DNA of 64,000 nt from Scyliorhinus canicula (GCF_902713615.1 NC_052157.1:61468146-61532145); one strand, 5' to 3'; positions 1 to 12,294 are shown, numbered from the stretch's first letter. Notes: a model not told the origin generated them from the letters alone. Numbers and translations: made by a program.

Positions 1-98
1 GGTGATCTCCTCTGCCTTCCGAGTGCACTCCGATTTTTGGGACATCTCCGGCTTATCTGAGGAAAAGTCATCGTAGCAAAGTGAGAGTGTAAGATAGA

Positions 99-1135
99 GG
101 GCGCGATTCTCTGGAAAGATTTCTGAGTGTGCAAGTGAAGGGGAACTGCCTCGAGCTTCATAACACTCGGCTCGGCGGGGTCGACAACGCCATTCAATGC
201 TCATTGATCCACTTAACAAGACCTACAGGCTTCACTCTGCAAATGCATGCTCACCAGCTGATTCGCCGGGACTGCGCTCGCCAGCACCCCTGCTAACAAG
301 GTCGAGCAGCACTTAACAGCAGTTGCACAGCCAACCCCACTCGGGTCGCAGGATCCCAGGAGCTTCTGGTACAGGTTTACCCGGAGCAGATGGAGGCATT
401 ATGGAGAGGCTGGGACTTTCAGAGGAAGATGTCAGCAACACTCTAGCAGGTCCATAGCCGATTGGAGGAGTACCAGAGGCCAAGGGCACAGGAGATGTCG
501 CCGACAATGTGTGGCACTGAGGCCAACACTGGTATGGTGGCGACCGCTGTGGAGAGCCTGGTGCACAACATTGGCAGCGTGAGTGAAGGTGTCCAAGGCA
601 TGGGGCAGTCGGTGACGGCCATGGCTGATGGCCTTGGCAGACTGTTCGACTCTATGGAGGATGTGACCCAGTAGCAGGCAGACCTTGATGAGGTGCTGGG
701 GGACATGTCGAGACCAGAACATATCCGAGTTATTGAGGAGCATCGCGGAGGGCATTGACACAATGGTACAGACAATGGGGAGCCGCCAGGGCTGGCAAAG
801 CCAGATGATGCAGGGGCAATCGGGGTTCAATCGAGCTGCCCCTCCGTTCAGATGTGAACCATGGGATCCTATGGCCACCGAATGGGAAGAGAGGGCGCAG
901 GGTCGCGACCCAGACCCATCCTGTGGACTGGCAATGATGGCCACCAGCTCCCACATGTTCCACTCCTCTGAAGAGGCCACGTCTCGGAGTCAGCACCCGG
1001 AACAGGGAGACACAGCTGTGCATGTGCCACTGTCAGGTGTGCCGGAGCCCTCCGGCTCCAGAGCCCCCAGAGGACCCCTGCCAGGGGCATCGAAGACCAC
1101 GGGACATGGTAAGCAGCTGGCTGCCTCCATCTCTG
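99..1135 (+). mobile_element. Possible Harbinger/PIF-like DNA transposon left end with decayed internal coding remnant
   Basis: Begins GGGCGCGATTCT, the same terminus as the GC-rich MITEs elsewhere in the window. The internal ORFs (462-674, 685-1173) have no motif I can name. The family assignment is inference. Confidence 0.3.
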
Positions 1136-1138
1136 ATC

Positions 1139-1434
1139 ATAATAATAACAATCTTCATTATCGTCACAAGTAGGCTTACATTAACACTGCAATGAAATTA
1201 CTGTGAAAAGCCCCAAGTCGCCACATTCCAGCACCTGTTCAGGTACACAGAGGGAGAATTCAGAATGTCCACTTCACTAAACAAGCACGTGTTCGGCACT
1301 TGTGGAGGCACCCGGAGGAAACCCACGCAGACCCGGGGAGAACGTGCAGACTCCGCACAGACAGTGACCCAAGCGGGAATCGAACCTGGGACCTTGGTGC
1401 TGTGAAGTAACAGTGCAAACCACTGTGCTACTGT
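1139..1434 (-). mobile_element. V-SINE (HE1-like), (ATT)n-tail subfamily
   Basis: tRNA-like head with B-box (GGTTCGATTC), V-core GGTTTCCTCCGGGTG, and a tail ending in a GTGAC.ATAA-type motif plus ATT repeats. Confidence 0.85.
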
Positions 1435-1596
1435 CAGGACACAACCAGACATAGCGATGGGGCAAGGAAGGCCCAGTACAGTGAGGATCACTGAGGGCAC
1501 TGGGGGGGGTTGGGTGTGGGTGGGAGGGGTAAGGAATGGAGTGTGCATGAGGGAAGGAGGATGGGGCCTTGTGGGGGTTTGGTGGGGAGGCAGGGA

Positions 1597-3088
1597 GGGG
1601 AAGACTGGAAATTATAGGCCAGTTAGCCTGATTTTAGTCATTGGTAAGATTTTAAAGTCCATTATTAAAGATGAGACCGCGGAGTACTTTGAAGTGCATG
1701 ATAAAATAGAACTGAGTCAACACGGCTTCATCGAGGGAAGGTCACGTCTGACAAATCTGTTAGAGTTCTTTGAGGAGGTAACAAGGAAGTTAGACAAAGG
1801 AGAATGAGTTACCATGATTTATTTAGATTTCCAGAAGGCCTTTGATAAGGTGCTGCACTGTTAAATAAGTTTTTTTTTTAAAATTTAGATTACCCAATTA
1901 TTTTTTCCAATTAAGGGGCAATTTAGCGTGGCCAATCCACCTACTCTGCACATTTTTGGGTTGTGGGGGCGAAACCCACGCAGACACGGGGAGAATGTGC
2001 AAACTTCACACGGACAGTGACCCAGAGCTGGGATCGAACCTGGGACATCAGCGCCGTGAGGCGGTTGTGCTAACCACTAGGCCACCGTGCTGCCCAACTG
2101 TTAAATAAGTTAAGAGCCCATAGTGTTAAGGGTAAGATACTGGCATGGGTAGAGGATTGGCTGACTGACAGAAGGCAGAGAGTGGTGATAAAGGGGTCTT
2201 TTTCGGAATGGCAGCCGGTGACTAGTGGTGTGCTTCAGGGGTCTCTGCTGGGACCACAACTTTTCACAACATATATTAATGATCTGGAAGAAGGAACTGG
2301 AGGCATTGTTGCAAAGTTTGCAGAAGATACAAAGATCTGTAGAGGGACAGGTAGTATTGAGGAAGCAAGGGGACTACAGAAGGACTTGGACAGGCTAGGA
2401 GTGTGGGCAAAGATGGAATACAATGTGGAAAAGTGTGAGAGTCTACACTTTGGAAGGAAGAATGGAGGCATGTCGAGAGGGCTAGAAAACAAGACCAAGG
2501 ATGTACTTCTGAGGCTGTATAAGGTTCTGGTCAGATCCCGTTTGGAGTATTGTGAGCAGCTCTGGGCCCTGTATCTAAGGAAGGATGTGCTGGCCTTGGA
2601 AAGGGTCCAGAGGAGGTTCACAAGAATAATGCCTGGAACGAAGAGCTTGTCGTATGAGGAACGGTTGAGGACTCTGGTTCTGTACTCGTTGGCGTTTAGA
2701 AGGGTGAGAGGGGGTCTTATTGAAACTTACAAGATACTGCAAGGCCTGGATAGAGTGGACGTGGAAAGGATGTTTCTACTTGTAAGAAAAACTAGAAGCA
2801 GAGGACACAATCTCAGACTAAAGGGACAATCCTTTAAAACAGAGATGAGGAGGTATTTCTTCAACCAGAGGGTGGTGAATCTTTCCCGCAGAAGGCTGTG
2901 GGGACCAAATCAGTGAGTGTGTTTAAGACAAGGATAGATAGGTTCTTGATTAAAAGGGGATCAGGGGTTATGGGGAGAAGGCAGGAGAATGGAGATGAGA
3001 AAAATATCAGCAATGATTTAATGGCGGAGCAGAGTCGATGGGCCAAGTGGCCTAATTCTGCTCCAATGGCTTATGGTCTCATGGTCTA
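1597..3088 (+). mobile_element. 5'-truncated CR1 LINE, RT region and 3' end, interrupted by a SINE
   Basis: NYRPVSL, SQHGF, DFQKAFDK, QGSLLGPQLF and AKFAEDTK motifs; typical CR1 3' end CCTAATTCTGCTCC...TTATGGTCT. Confidence 0.9.
1872..2096 (-). mobile_element. V-SINE, poly(A)-tail subfamily, with 15-bp TSD
   Basis: ACTGTTAAATAAGTT at both 1857-1871 and 2097-2111; head GGGCAGCACGGTGGCC on the minus strand; poly(T) on plus. Confidence 0.92.
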
Positions 3089-3559
3089 ATGGGATAGTGT
3101 TGTGGCACCATCGGGATGGTGTGGTACTAGTGTACAGTTGGATAAGGAACGTTAAAATATCCTCAGCGCCACCAGTATGAGTCCTCTGGCTCTTTGTTCT
3201 GTGATGTGGACCGACCATCAAACCCATGCCCCATTCCCCCAGACAAACCCCCACCCCCCATCCCTTGGTGTTCAGAGGTTGGCTGCTGTGTGTATGGTGC
3301 TGCCTCCCGCTGTGTTCAGGCACAGTGTCCATGCATCACAGTGTAATTGGGATGCTGGGCAATGAGCCGCACATGCTACACAACCCACCCACCCACAGGG
3401 ATCCACTTGGGTTGTGTGAAATGCTCCCTTAACCACAATTGTCAATTCCCTGTGACAATTGTCTTCAACCGTAAGGCAAGAGCCTCCACGGTCAGTGGGA
3501 GTTATGGGTAGTCAGTAAGGCAGACAGGCAGGGGCTAGGGTTGCCTCCAATATAGAAAC

Positions 3560-5075
3560 ACATGGAACAAGGGTTCCACAGGGCAGCTTTTTTTCTGTAA
3601 GGTAAGAGGGGATGGAGGCAGTTGAATGCTCCTCGTGTAGGATGTGGGTGGTGAGGGATACCACCGGTGTCCCCGCTGACTATTCCTGCGGGAAGTGCAC
3701 ACAACTCCAGCTCCTCAGAGACAGTGTTAGGGAACTGTAGCTGGAGCTGAATGAACTTCGGATCATCCAGGAGGCAGAGGGGGTAATAGACAAGAGTTAC
3801 AGGGAGGTAACCACACCCAAGGTGCAGGACAAGAGTAGCTGGGTTACAGTCAGGGGAAAGAAAACAAACGGGTAGACAGTGCAGGGATCCCTCGTGGCTG
3901 TTCCCCTTCAAAACAAGTATACCGTTTTGGATGCTGTTGGGGGGATGACCTACCGGGGGAAGGCTCCAGCAGCCAGGTCTCTAGCACTGAGTCTGGCTCT
4001 GGGGCTCAGAAGGGGAGGGGGGAGAATAGAAAAGCAATATTGATAGGAGACTCAATGGTTAGGGGAATAGATAGGAGATTCTGTGGTCACGAGCAAGACT
4101 CCCGGAAGGTATGTTGCCTCCCGGTGCCACGGCCAGGAATGTCTCGGATCGTGGCTTCAGGATCCTTAAGGGGGAGGGTGAGCAACTAGAAGACGTGCAC
4201 ATTGGTACCAACGACATAGGTAGGAAAATGGGTGTGGATGTAACAAGCGAGTTTAGGGAGTTAGGCTGGCAGTTAAAGGCCAGGACAGACAGAGTTGTCA
4301 TCTCTGGTTTGTTGCCGGTGCCACGTGATAGCGAGGCTAGGAATAGGGAGAGAGTGCAGTTGAACACGTGGCTTCAGGAATGGTGTAGGAGGGAGGGCTT
4401 CAGGTATTTGGATAATTGGAGCGCATTCTGGGGAAGGTGGGACCTGTACAAGCAGGACGGGTTGCATCCGAACCAGAGGGGCACCAATATCCTGGGAGGG
4501 AGGTTCTCTAGTACTCTTCGGGAGGGTTTAAACTAATTTGGCAGGGGAATGGGAATGTCCAGCAACTAAGGTAGCCGATGTTCAGGACATCAAAGCGTAT
4601 AGTGATGCAGTGGGGAAGGTAACACTGACAAAGGAGAGTACGTGCAGGCACGGAGATGGGTTGAAGTGTGTATACTTCAACGCAAGAAGCATCAGGAATA
4701 AGGTGGGTGAACTTAAGACATGGATCGGTACCATGGACTACGATGTGGTGGCCATCACGGAAACTTGGATAGAAGAGGGGCAGAAATGGTTGTTGGAGGT
4801 TCCTGGTTATAGATGTTTCAACAAGATTAGGGAGGATGGTAAAAGAGGTGGGCGGTTGCATTGTTAATTAGAGATAGTATAACAGCTGCAGAAAGGCAGT
4901 TCAAGGAGGATCTGCCTACTGAGGTAGTATGGGTTGAAGTCAGAAATAGGAAAGGAGCAGTCACATTGTTGGGAGTTTTCTATAGCCCCCCCCCCCCCCC
5001 CCCCCACCCCCCTCCCAATAGCAGCAGAGATGTGGAGGAACAGTTTGGAAACAGATTTTGGAAAGGTGCAGAAGT
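3560..5075 (+). mobile_element. CR1 LINE copy A: disrupted ORF1 (Zn finger + SGNH esterase) and start of ORF2 endonuclease, 3'-truncated
   Basis: CSSCRMW/CGKC, GDSMVRG, HIGTND and DGLHPN motifs, then FNARSIRNK and ITETW. Contains stops and frameshifts. Confidence 0.9.
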
Positions 5076-5082
5076 CTCTGTG

Positions 5083-5500
5083 AGAGACAGAGGGAGCCCA
5101 GAAAGCGGCGGGAGTTCAGAGACAGAGGGAGCCCAGAAAGCAGCGGGAGTTCAGAGACAGAGAGCCCAGAAAGCAGCGGGAGTTCAGAGACAGAGGGAGA
5201 GCCCATAAAGCAGCGGGAGTTCAGAGACAGAGAGCCCAGAAAGCGGCGGGAGTTCAGAGACAGAGGGAGAGCCCATAAAGCAGCGGGAGTTCAGAGACAG
5301 AGAGCCCAGAAAGCGGCGGGAGTTCAGAGACAGAAAGCCCATAAAGCAGCGGGAGTTCAGAGACAGAGGGAGCCCATAAAGCAGCGGGAGTTCAGAGACA
5401 GAGAGCCCAGAAAGCGGCGGGAGTTCAGAGACAGAGGGAGCCCATAAAGCAGCGGGAGTTCAGAGACAGAGGGAGCCCATAAAGCAGCGGGAGTTCAGAG
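5083..5500 (+). repeat. Tandem array of ~12 units of 33-37 bp (AGAGACAGAGGGAGCCCATAAAGCAGCGGGAGTTC) at the CR1 5' end
   Basis: Units counted directly in the sequence. Confidence 0.95.
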
Positions 5501-5836
5501 GGACACAGGATAAAAGAGCGCGAGGAGAGCGGCAGTGAGTCAGTGAAAGAGCGCGAGGGGACACATTGAGAGCGGCGGGGTGCCAGTGGGAGCAAAGATA
5601 ATATAAGGCGGGAACCGGAAGTACGACCCGCGGACTTCTGGGAAGGATTTTCTCCTAGCCAACAAATTCTGGTGGAGAGGATACCCGAGACACTACACGT
5701 GTAGTGTCTCCCACCCGCCCTCCTCCTCTAACCTAATAATAAGACCCATTGGTGTGAGCAGGTAAGTGCTATATTATATTATTATTTTTTATTTGTTTTA
5801 TATTTGTTTACCAAAACTTGGTTGAAATTAAGTGGG

Positions 5837-6763
5837 ATGGCAGGGAAGGTAGTGCAATGTTCCTCCTGCAGGATGTTTGAGGTGAGGGATGCCGTTAGTG
5901 TCCCTGCTGATTTTACCTGCAGGAAGTGCAGCCAGCTCCAGCTCCTACAAGACCGAGTTATGGTACTGGAGCTGGAGTTGGATGAACTTCGGATCATTCG
6001 GGAGGCAGAGGTGGTCATAGATAGGAGCTTCAGGGAAGTAGTTACACCAAAGACTGGAGATAGATGGGTAACTGTAAGAGGGACTGGGAAGAAGCAGTCA
6101 GTGCAGGGACCCCCTGCGGTCGTTCCCCTGAGTAACAAGTATACCGTTTTGGATACTTGTGGGGGGGACAACTCACCAGGGGTAAGCCATGGGGTGCGGG
6201 ACTCTAGCACGGAGTCTGTCCCTGTTGCTCAGAAGGGAAGGGGGGAGAGGAGCAGAGCATTAGTAATTGGGGACTCAATAGTCAGGGGCACAGATAGGAG
6301 ATTTTGTGGGAGCGAGAGAGACTCACGTTTGGTATGTTGCCTCCCAGGTGTAAGGGTAAGTGATGTCTCGGATCGTGTTTTTTGGATCCTTAAGGGGGAG
6401 GGGGAGCAGCCCCAAGTCGTAGTCCACATTGGCACTAACGACATAGGTAGGAAAGGGGACAAGGATGTCAGGCAGGCCTTTAGGGAGCTAGGATGGAAGC
6501 TCAGAGCGAGAACAAACAGAGTTGTTATCTCTGGGTTGTTGCCCGTGCCACGTGATAGTGAGATGAGGAATAGGGAGAGAGAGCAATTAAACACGTGGCT
6601 ACAGGGATGGTGCAGGCGGGAGGGATTCAGATTTCTGGATAACTGGGGCTCTTTCTGGGGAAGGTGGGACCTCTATAGACAGGATGGTCTACATCTGAAC
6701 CTAAGGGGCACCAATATCCTGGGGGGGAGATTTGTTAGTACTCTTTGGGGGGGTTTAAACTAA
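5837..6763 (+). CDS. CR1 ORF1p: N-terminal CxxC...CxxC Zn finger, coiled coil, SGNH/GDSL esterase (308 aa, open)
   Basis: ATG at 5837; CSSC...CRKC; LELELDEL; GDS, GTND and DGLH esterase blocks. Confidence 0.88.
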   Translation: MAGKVVQCSSCRMFEVRDAVSVPADFTCRKCSQLQLLQDRVMVLELELDELRIIREAEVVIDRSFREVVTPKTGDRWVTVRGTGKKQSVQGPPAVVPLSNKYTVLDTCGGDNSPGVSHGVRDSSTESVPVAQKGRGERSRALVIGDSIVRGTDRRFCGSERDSRLVCCLPGVRVSDVSDRVFWILKGEGEQPQVVVHIGTNDIGRKGDKDVRQAFRELGWKLRARTNRVVISGLLPVPRDSEMRNREREQLNTWLQGWCRREGFRFLDNWGSFWGRWDLYRQDGLHLNLRGTNILGGRFVSTLWGGLN

Positions 6764-9290
6764 TTCAGCAGGGGCATGGGAACCTGGATTGTAGTTTTGG
6801 GGTTCGAGAGATTGAGAGTAGAGAGGTCAGGAGCACAGATTTGACTTCGCAGGAGGGCGGCAGTGTTCAGGTCGGTGGTTTGAAGTGTGTCTATTTCAAT
6901 GCCAGGAGTATACGAAATAAGGTAGGGGAACTGGCAGCATGGGTTGGTACCTGGGACTTCGATGTTGTGGCCATTTCAGAGACATGGATAGAGCAGGGAC
7001 AGGAATGGTTGTTGCAGGTTCCGGGGTTTAGGTGCTTTAGTAAGGTCAGAGAAGGGGGCAAAAGAGGGGGAGGTGTGGCGCTGCTAGTCAAGGACAGTAT
7101 TACGGTGGCAGAAAGGATGCAAGATGGGGACTCTTCTTCCGAGGTAGTATGGGCTGAGGTTAGAAACAGGAAAGGAGAGGTCACACGGCTGGGAGTTTTC
7201 TATAGGCCACCTAATAGTTCTAGAGATGTAGAGGAAAGGATGGCGAAGATGATTCTGGAAAAGAGCGAAAGTAACAGGGTAGTTGTTATGGGAGACTTTA
7301 ACTTTCCTAATATTGACTGGAAAAGATATAGTTCGAGTACATTGGATGGGTCGTTCTTTGTACAATGTGTGCAGGAGGGTTTTCTGACACAATATGTTGA
7401 CAGGCCAACAAGAGGTGAGGCCACTTTGGATTTGGTTTTGGGTAATGAACCAGGCCAGGTGTTAGATCTGGAGGTAGGTGAACACTTTGGAGACAGTGAC
7501 CACAATTCGGTGACCTTTACATTAGTGATGGAAAGGGATAAGAATACCCCGCAGGGCAAGAGTTATAGCTGGGGGAAGGGCAATTATGATGCCATTAGAC
7601 ATGACTTAGGATGTGTAGGTTGGAGAAGTAGGCTGCAAGGGTTGGGCACACTGGATATGTGGAGCTTGTTCAAGGAACAGCTATTGCGTGTTCTTGATCA
7701 GTACGTACCAGTCAGACAGGGAGGAAAGGGTAGAGCGAGGGAACCGTGGTTTACCAAAGAAGTGGAATCTCTTGTTAAGAGGAAAAAGGAGGCCTATGTG
7801 AAGATGAGGCGTGAAGTCTCAGTTGGGGCGCTTGATAGTTACAGGGAAGCGAGGAAGGACCTAAACAGAGAGCTAAGACGAGCAAGGAGGGGACATGAGA
7901 AGTCTTTGGCAGGTAGGATCAAGGAAAACCCAAAAGCTTTCTATAGGTATGTCAGGAATAAAAGAATGACTAGGGTAAGAGTAGGGCCAGTCAAGGACAG
8001 TGGTGGGAAGTTGTGTGTGGAGGCTGAGGAGATAAGCGAGATACTAAATGAATACTTTTTGTCAGTATTCACTCAGGAAAAGATAATATTGTGGAGGAGA
8101 ATGCTGAGACCCAGGCTATTAGAATAGATGGCATTGAGGTGCGTAGGGAAGAAGTGTTGGCAATTCTGGACAAGGTGAAAATAGATAAGTCCCCGGGGCC
8201 TGATGGGATTTATCCTAGGATTCTCTGGGAAGCCAGGGAAGAGATTGCTGAGCCTTTGGCTTTGATTTTTATGTCATCATTGGCTACAGGAATAGTGCCA
8301 GAGGACTGGAGGATAGCAAATGTGGTCCCTTTGTTCAAGAAGGGGAGTAGAGATAACCCCGGTAACTATAGGCCGGTGAGCCTAACATCTGTGGTGGGTA
8401 AAGTCTTGGAGAGGATTATAAAAGATACGATTTATAATCATCTAGATAGGAATAATATGATTAGGGATAGTCAGCATGGTTTTGTGAAGGGTAGGTCATG
8501 CCTCACAAACCTTATCGAGTTCTTTGAGAAGGTGACTGAACAGGTGGACGAGGGTAAAGCAGTTGATGTGGTGTATATGGATTTCAGTAAAGCGTTTGAT
8601 AAGGTTCCCCACGGTCGGCTATTGCAGAAAATACGGAGGCTGGGGATTGAGGGTGATTTAGAGATGTGGATCAGAAATTGGCTAGTTGAAAGAAGACAGA
8701 GAGTGGTGGAAATGAGGAGGGCTCTTGTCGGCTGCAAAGAGACATAGATAGGATGCAGAGCTGGGCTGAGAAGTGGCAGATGGAGTTTAACCCTGAAAAC
8801 TGTATTTGTCCATTTTGTAAGGACAAATATGAATGCGAATACAGGGTTAACGGTAGGGTTCTTGGCAATGTGGAGGAGCAGAGAGATCTTGGGGTCTAAG
8901 TTCATAGATCTTTGCAAGTTGCCACTCAAGTGGATAGAGCTGAGAAGAAGGCCTATGGTGTGCTGGCGTTCATTAGCAGAGGGATTGAATTTAAGAGCCG
9001 TGAGGTGATGATGCAACTGTACAAAACCTTGGTAAGGCCACATTTGGACTGTGTGTAGTTCTGGTCGCCTTATTTTAGAAAAGATGTGGAAGCTTTGGAA
9101 AAGGTGCAAAAGAGATTTACCAGGATGTTGCCTGGAAAGAGGAGTAGGTCTTATGAGGAAAGGTTGAGGGTGCTAGGCCTTTTCTCATTAGAACGGAGAA
9201 GGATGAGGGGCGACTGGATAGAGGTTTATAAGATGATCAGTGGAATAGATAGAGTAGATAGTCAGAGACTTTTTCCCCGGGTGGAATAAA
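6745..9290 (+). pseudogene. CR1 ORF2 (APE endonuclease + reverse transcriptase), disrupted
   Basis: FNARS, SETW, GDFN, SDHN; KSPGPDG, NYRPVSL, SQHGF, DFSKAFDK; frameshift and deletion. Confidence 0.9.
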
Positions 9291-9659
9291 CCATTACAAG
9301 GTGACATAAATTTATGGTGAATGGTGGAAGATATAGGGGGGATGTCAGAGATAGGTTCTTTACCCAGAGAGTAGTGGGGACATGGAATGCACTGCCTGTG
9401 GAAGTAGTTGAGTCGGAAACATTAGGGACCTTCAAGCGGCTATTGGATAGGTATATGGATTACGGTAGAATGATGCGGTGTAGATTAATTTGTTCTTAAT
9501 CTGGGACAAAAGTTTGGCACAACATCATGGGCCGGTTGCCCCCCACCTCCCTTTAAGAACTGGGCAGCAAGCCCAGTGCCCATTTGTCCCTCACACGAGG
9601 CAATGGGCACTATATGTTGAATGCCTCCATTATTTTTTCAAATCATGGGGGAGAAAGAA

Positions 9660-12230
9660 AAGCAGAAGCTAATCCTCCGAATGGCCTCTGGGGCTCCCAC
9701 TTACAACCTGATTGGGGTCTGAGTTATCCAGATGCCCCTGACTCCATAACATTCGAGGAGCTGGTGGACTTAGTCATGGGGTATTATCACCCAAAGTGGG
9801 GGGTGGGGGATAGAGGTCCACTAGGTTTGGCGGGAAACTATTGGCACTTCTGGCACTGGAGATGATGCCGCAGAAAGCAATGAGCAAGGAAGCTCGGATC
9901 AAAAGAGAGTACAATGATTACAGGGAATTCATCTGCAGACTGGGACCTATGAAGAATGCTATCAGTGTGGGAGAGATCACCCCTATGAGGGATGTAACGC
10001 CAGGGAAGCTACATGTTGTGCCAGTAATAGGAGGGGCACTTAGGAGGAAATGCAAGACGGGGCCATCAAATACAGCTCTGACTCCAGTACACTGTATTGA
10101 GGACAGCCCTGAAAATGAATCTGAAGTATAGTTTAAACAACATATAAACGTGGGCAGGACACCCCCCAATTACAATTATGGTGATAGTAAATGGTCAGCC
10201 ACTGGAGGTGGACATGGTGGGGGGAGGGGGGGGGGGGCTCCACTACAGTTGTAGATGAACAAACGTATCGTTATGTACAAGCTGGGGCCCTGTCTCTGAA
10301 ATTAAGAAGCAGGTCAGCTAGGCTTGCCACGTATACTGGCAAAGCTTTAAGAATCCTTTTTAAAATAAATTTAGAGTTTTTTTCCAATTCAGGGGCAATT
10401 TAGCATGGCCAATCCACCTAACCTGCACCTATTTGTGTTGTGGGGGTGAGATCCACACAGACACAAGGAGAAAGTGCAAACGCCACATGGACAGTGACCC
10501 GGAGCTGGGATCAAACCCCGGTCCTTACGCTGTGAGGCAGCATTACGGACCGCTCTGCCACCGTGCCGCCCCAAGCTTTAAGAATCCTAAGAACAACCCA
10601 ATGCCCATAGGCTGCTGGCACCAGTCTGCTTAACTGCCCCTGATCGTAATGTGGGTGCCACGGGCCAAGTCTGATGGGCAAGAATTGGCTTCGCCTTATT
10701 ATATTAAACTGACTAGAAATCTTGCAAATTAATGAAAGAAGCCTTCATAATGTCTTTTTTTTTTAAATCTGTTTTCCAAAGTGAGTTCGGCAAGATACAG
10801 AGCCACGTTCAAGTTTTCAGAGCCCGGCCCATCCCTGTGCCTTATATGAGGAGTTTGAGTCTGAATTTAAGAGTCTGGAATTAGGTATCATCAAACTTGT
10901 ACAGTTTTGGAGTGGGCAGCTACAGTCGTGCCAGTGGTGAAACCAGATGGAACCATTAAAATATACAGGGACTACAAATTAAATGTGAATCAGACAGCAA
11001 ACTAACTGGTGCCCAATACCTAGAACTGAAGATTTATTTGCTAATTTAGCTGGAGGCTTTACCTGCACCAAACTTGATATGAGTCACGTGACCCAACAAT
11101 TAGAGTTAGACGAAACATCCAGCGAATTTGTTATCACAAATATCAACAAATGGTTAGACCAATACACCCGGCTACCCTTCGGCGTCTCAGCTGCATGTGC
11201 GATATTCCGGCTCAAGACGGAAAGTTTACTGAAAGACCTATCCAAGGTGATGTCTATCTAGATAATGCACTGATTATAAGAGTGTCTGAGGAGGAGCACC
11301 GAGCAAATCTTTAAGACGTTTTTAAAAGCTTTAAAAAGTCCTGAGTAAGGCTGAAAGAGAAAAATGCACGTTCCAAGCTCATGAAGTGACTTAGATTTCG
11401 GGGTAGACACCAAAGGGCTGCACCCTCTGGATGAGAAGATCAAAGCAATGGAGAAAGCACCGGCCCCCAAAGATACATTATAATTAAGATCTTCTTTGGT
11501 AATGGTGAACTATTATGGCAGATTTATTCCTAATCTTTCCCCAATCTTGACATCCTTACACACACTGCTAAAGAAGCACCAACGGTGATATTGGAAAGAG
11601 CATCAGAAAGAAGCCTTTGAACAGGTTAAACTAGCTTTACAGTCATTCAGCCTCTTGGTCCATTTTGATCCCTCAAAAGAGATGATCCTTACCTGTGACA
11701 CATCCCCTTATGGAATAGGAGCAGTTTTGGCCCATAAAATGGAAGGCCGTGCGGAAAGGCGTACTGCCTATGCTGTGAGGGCTTTGAACAATGCTGAACA
11801 AGCTTACTCTCAAATTGAAATGGAGGAATCAGCCATGATATTTGAAGTTAAAAAGTTTCATCAATAAGTCTATGGACAACATTTCATAGCCTGATAACCA
11901 CAAACCCCTAGTAGGGTTATTTAAGGAGGGTAAGGCCATTCCCCTCCCATAGCTTCAACTAGGCTTCAACGCTGGTCTCTATTGTCAGCAGCCAACAAGT
12001 ACACGTTTCAACATCGGCCGGGCACCCACATTTTAAACATCATGCTTTGAGCCATCTTCCCGTACCTCAGAGTGTACCACATCTGCCAGGACCACAGCAG
12101 ATCCTTCTTGATTTACACTTTCTCGATACTTTGCCAGTGTCGGCGAAGCAAATCAAACTTTGGACCAATATGAACCCCTTATTATCTTGAGTCAAACGCA
12201 TGGTTCTTCACAGCTGATGTGAGAAAGGTC
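9660..12230 (+). mobile_element. Decayed Ty3/Gypsy internal region (gag, protease, RT, RNase H, integrase start)
   Basis: TFEELVDLV, VIVNGQPLEVD, VVPVVKPDG..YRDYK, YTRLPFGVS, LTCDTSPYGIGAVL; many stops and frameshifts. Confidence 0.85.
10358..10572 (-). mobile_element. V-SINE, poly(A)-tail subfamily, with 16-bp TSD, inside Gypsy
   Basis: AAGCTTTAAGAATCCT at both 10342-10357 and 10573-10588. Confidence 0.9.
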
Positions 12231-12294
12231 TGCGTAGCTGTTATAGCGGAGGCGATGGCCTAGCGAACTATTCAGTTGTATTCAACCGCTACAA

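Larger units (their letters stand above)
5083..9530 (+). mobile_element. Near full-length CR1 LINE copy B (tandem-repeat 5' UTR, ORF1, ORF2 with a frameshift and an RT deletion, 3' UTR)
   Basis: Intact ORF1; ORF2 EN and RT motifs; frameshift near 8090-8125; deletion near 8710; CR1 3' end. Confidence 0.93.

Noticed and set aside
5083-5500. CRISPR-like array
   Set aside because: Units abut with no unique spacers, there are no cas genes, and the context is eukaryotic. The same applies to 26455-27365.
5665-5760. HDV-like self-cleaving ribozyme at the CR1 5' end
   Set aside because: A hairpin is present but I could not build the nested double pseudoknot by eye; a covariance-model search would be needed.
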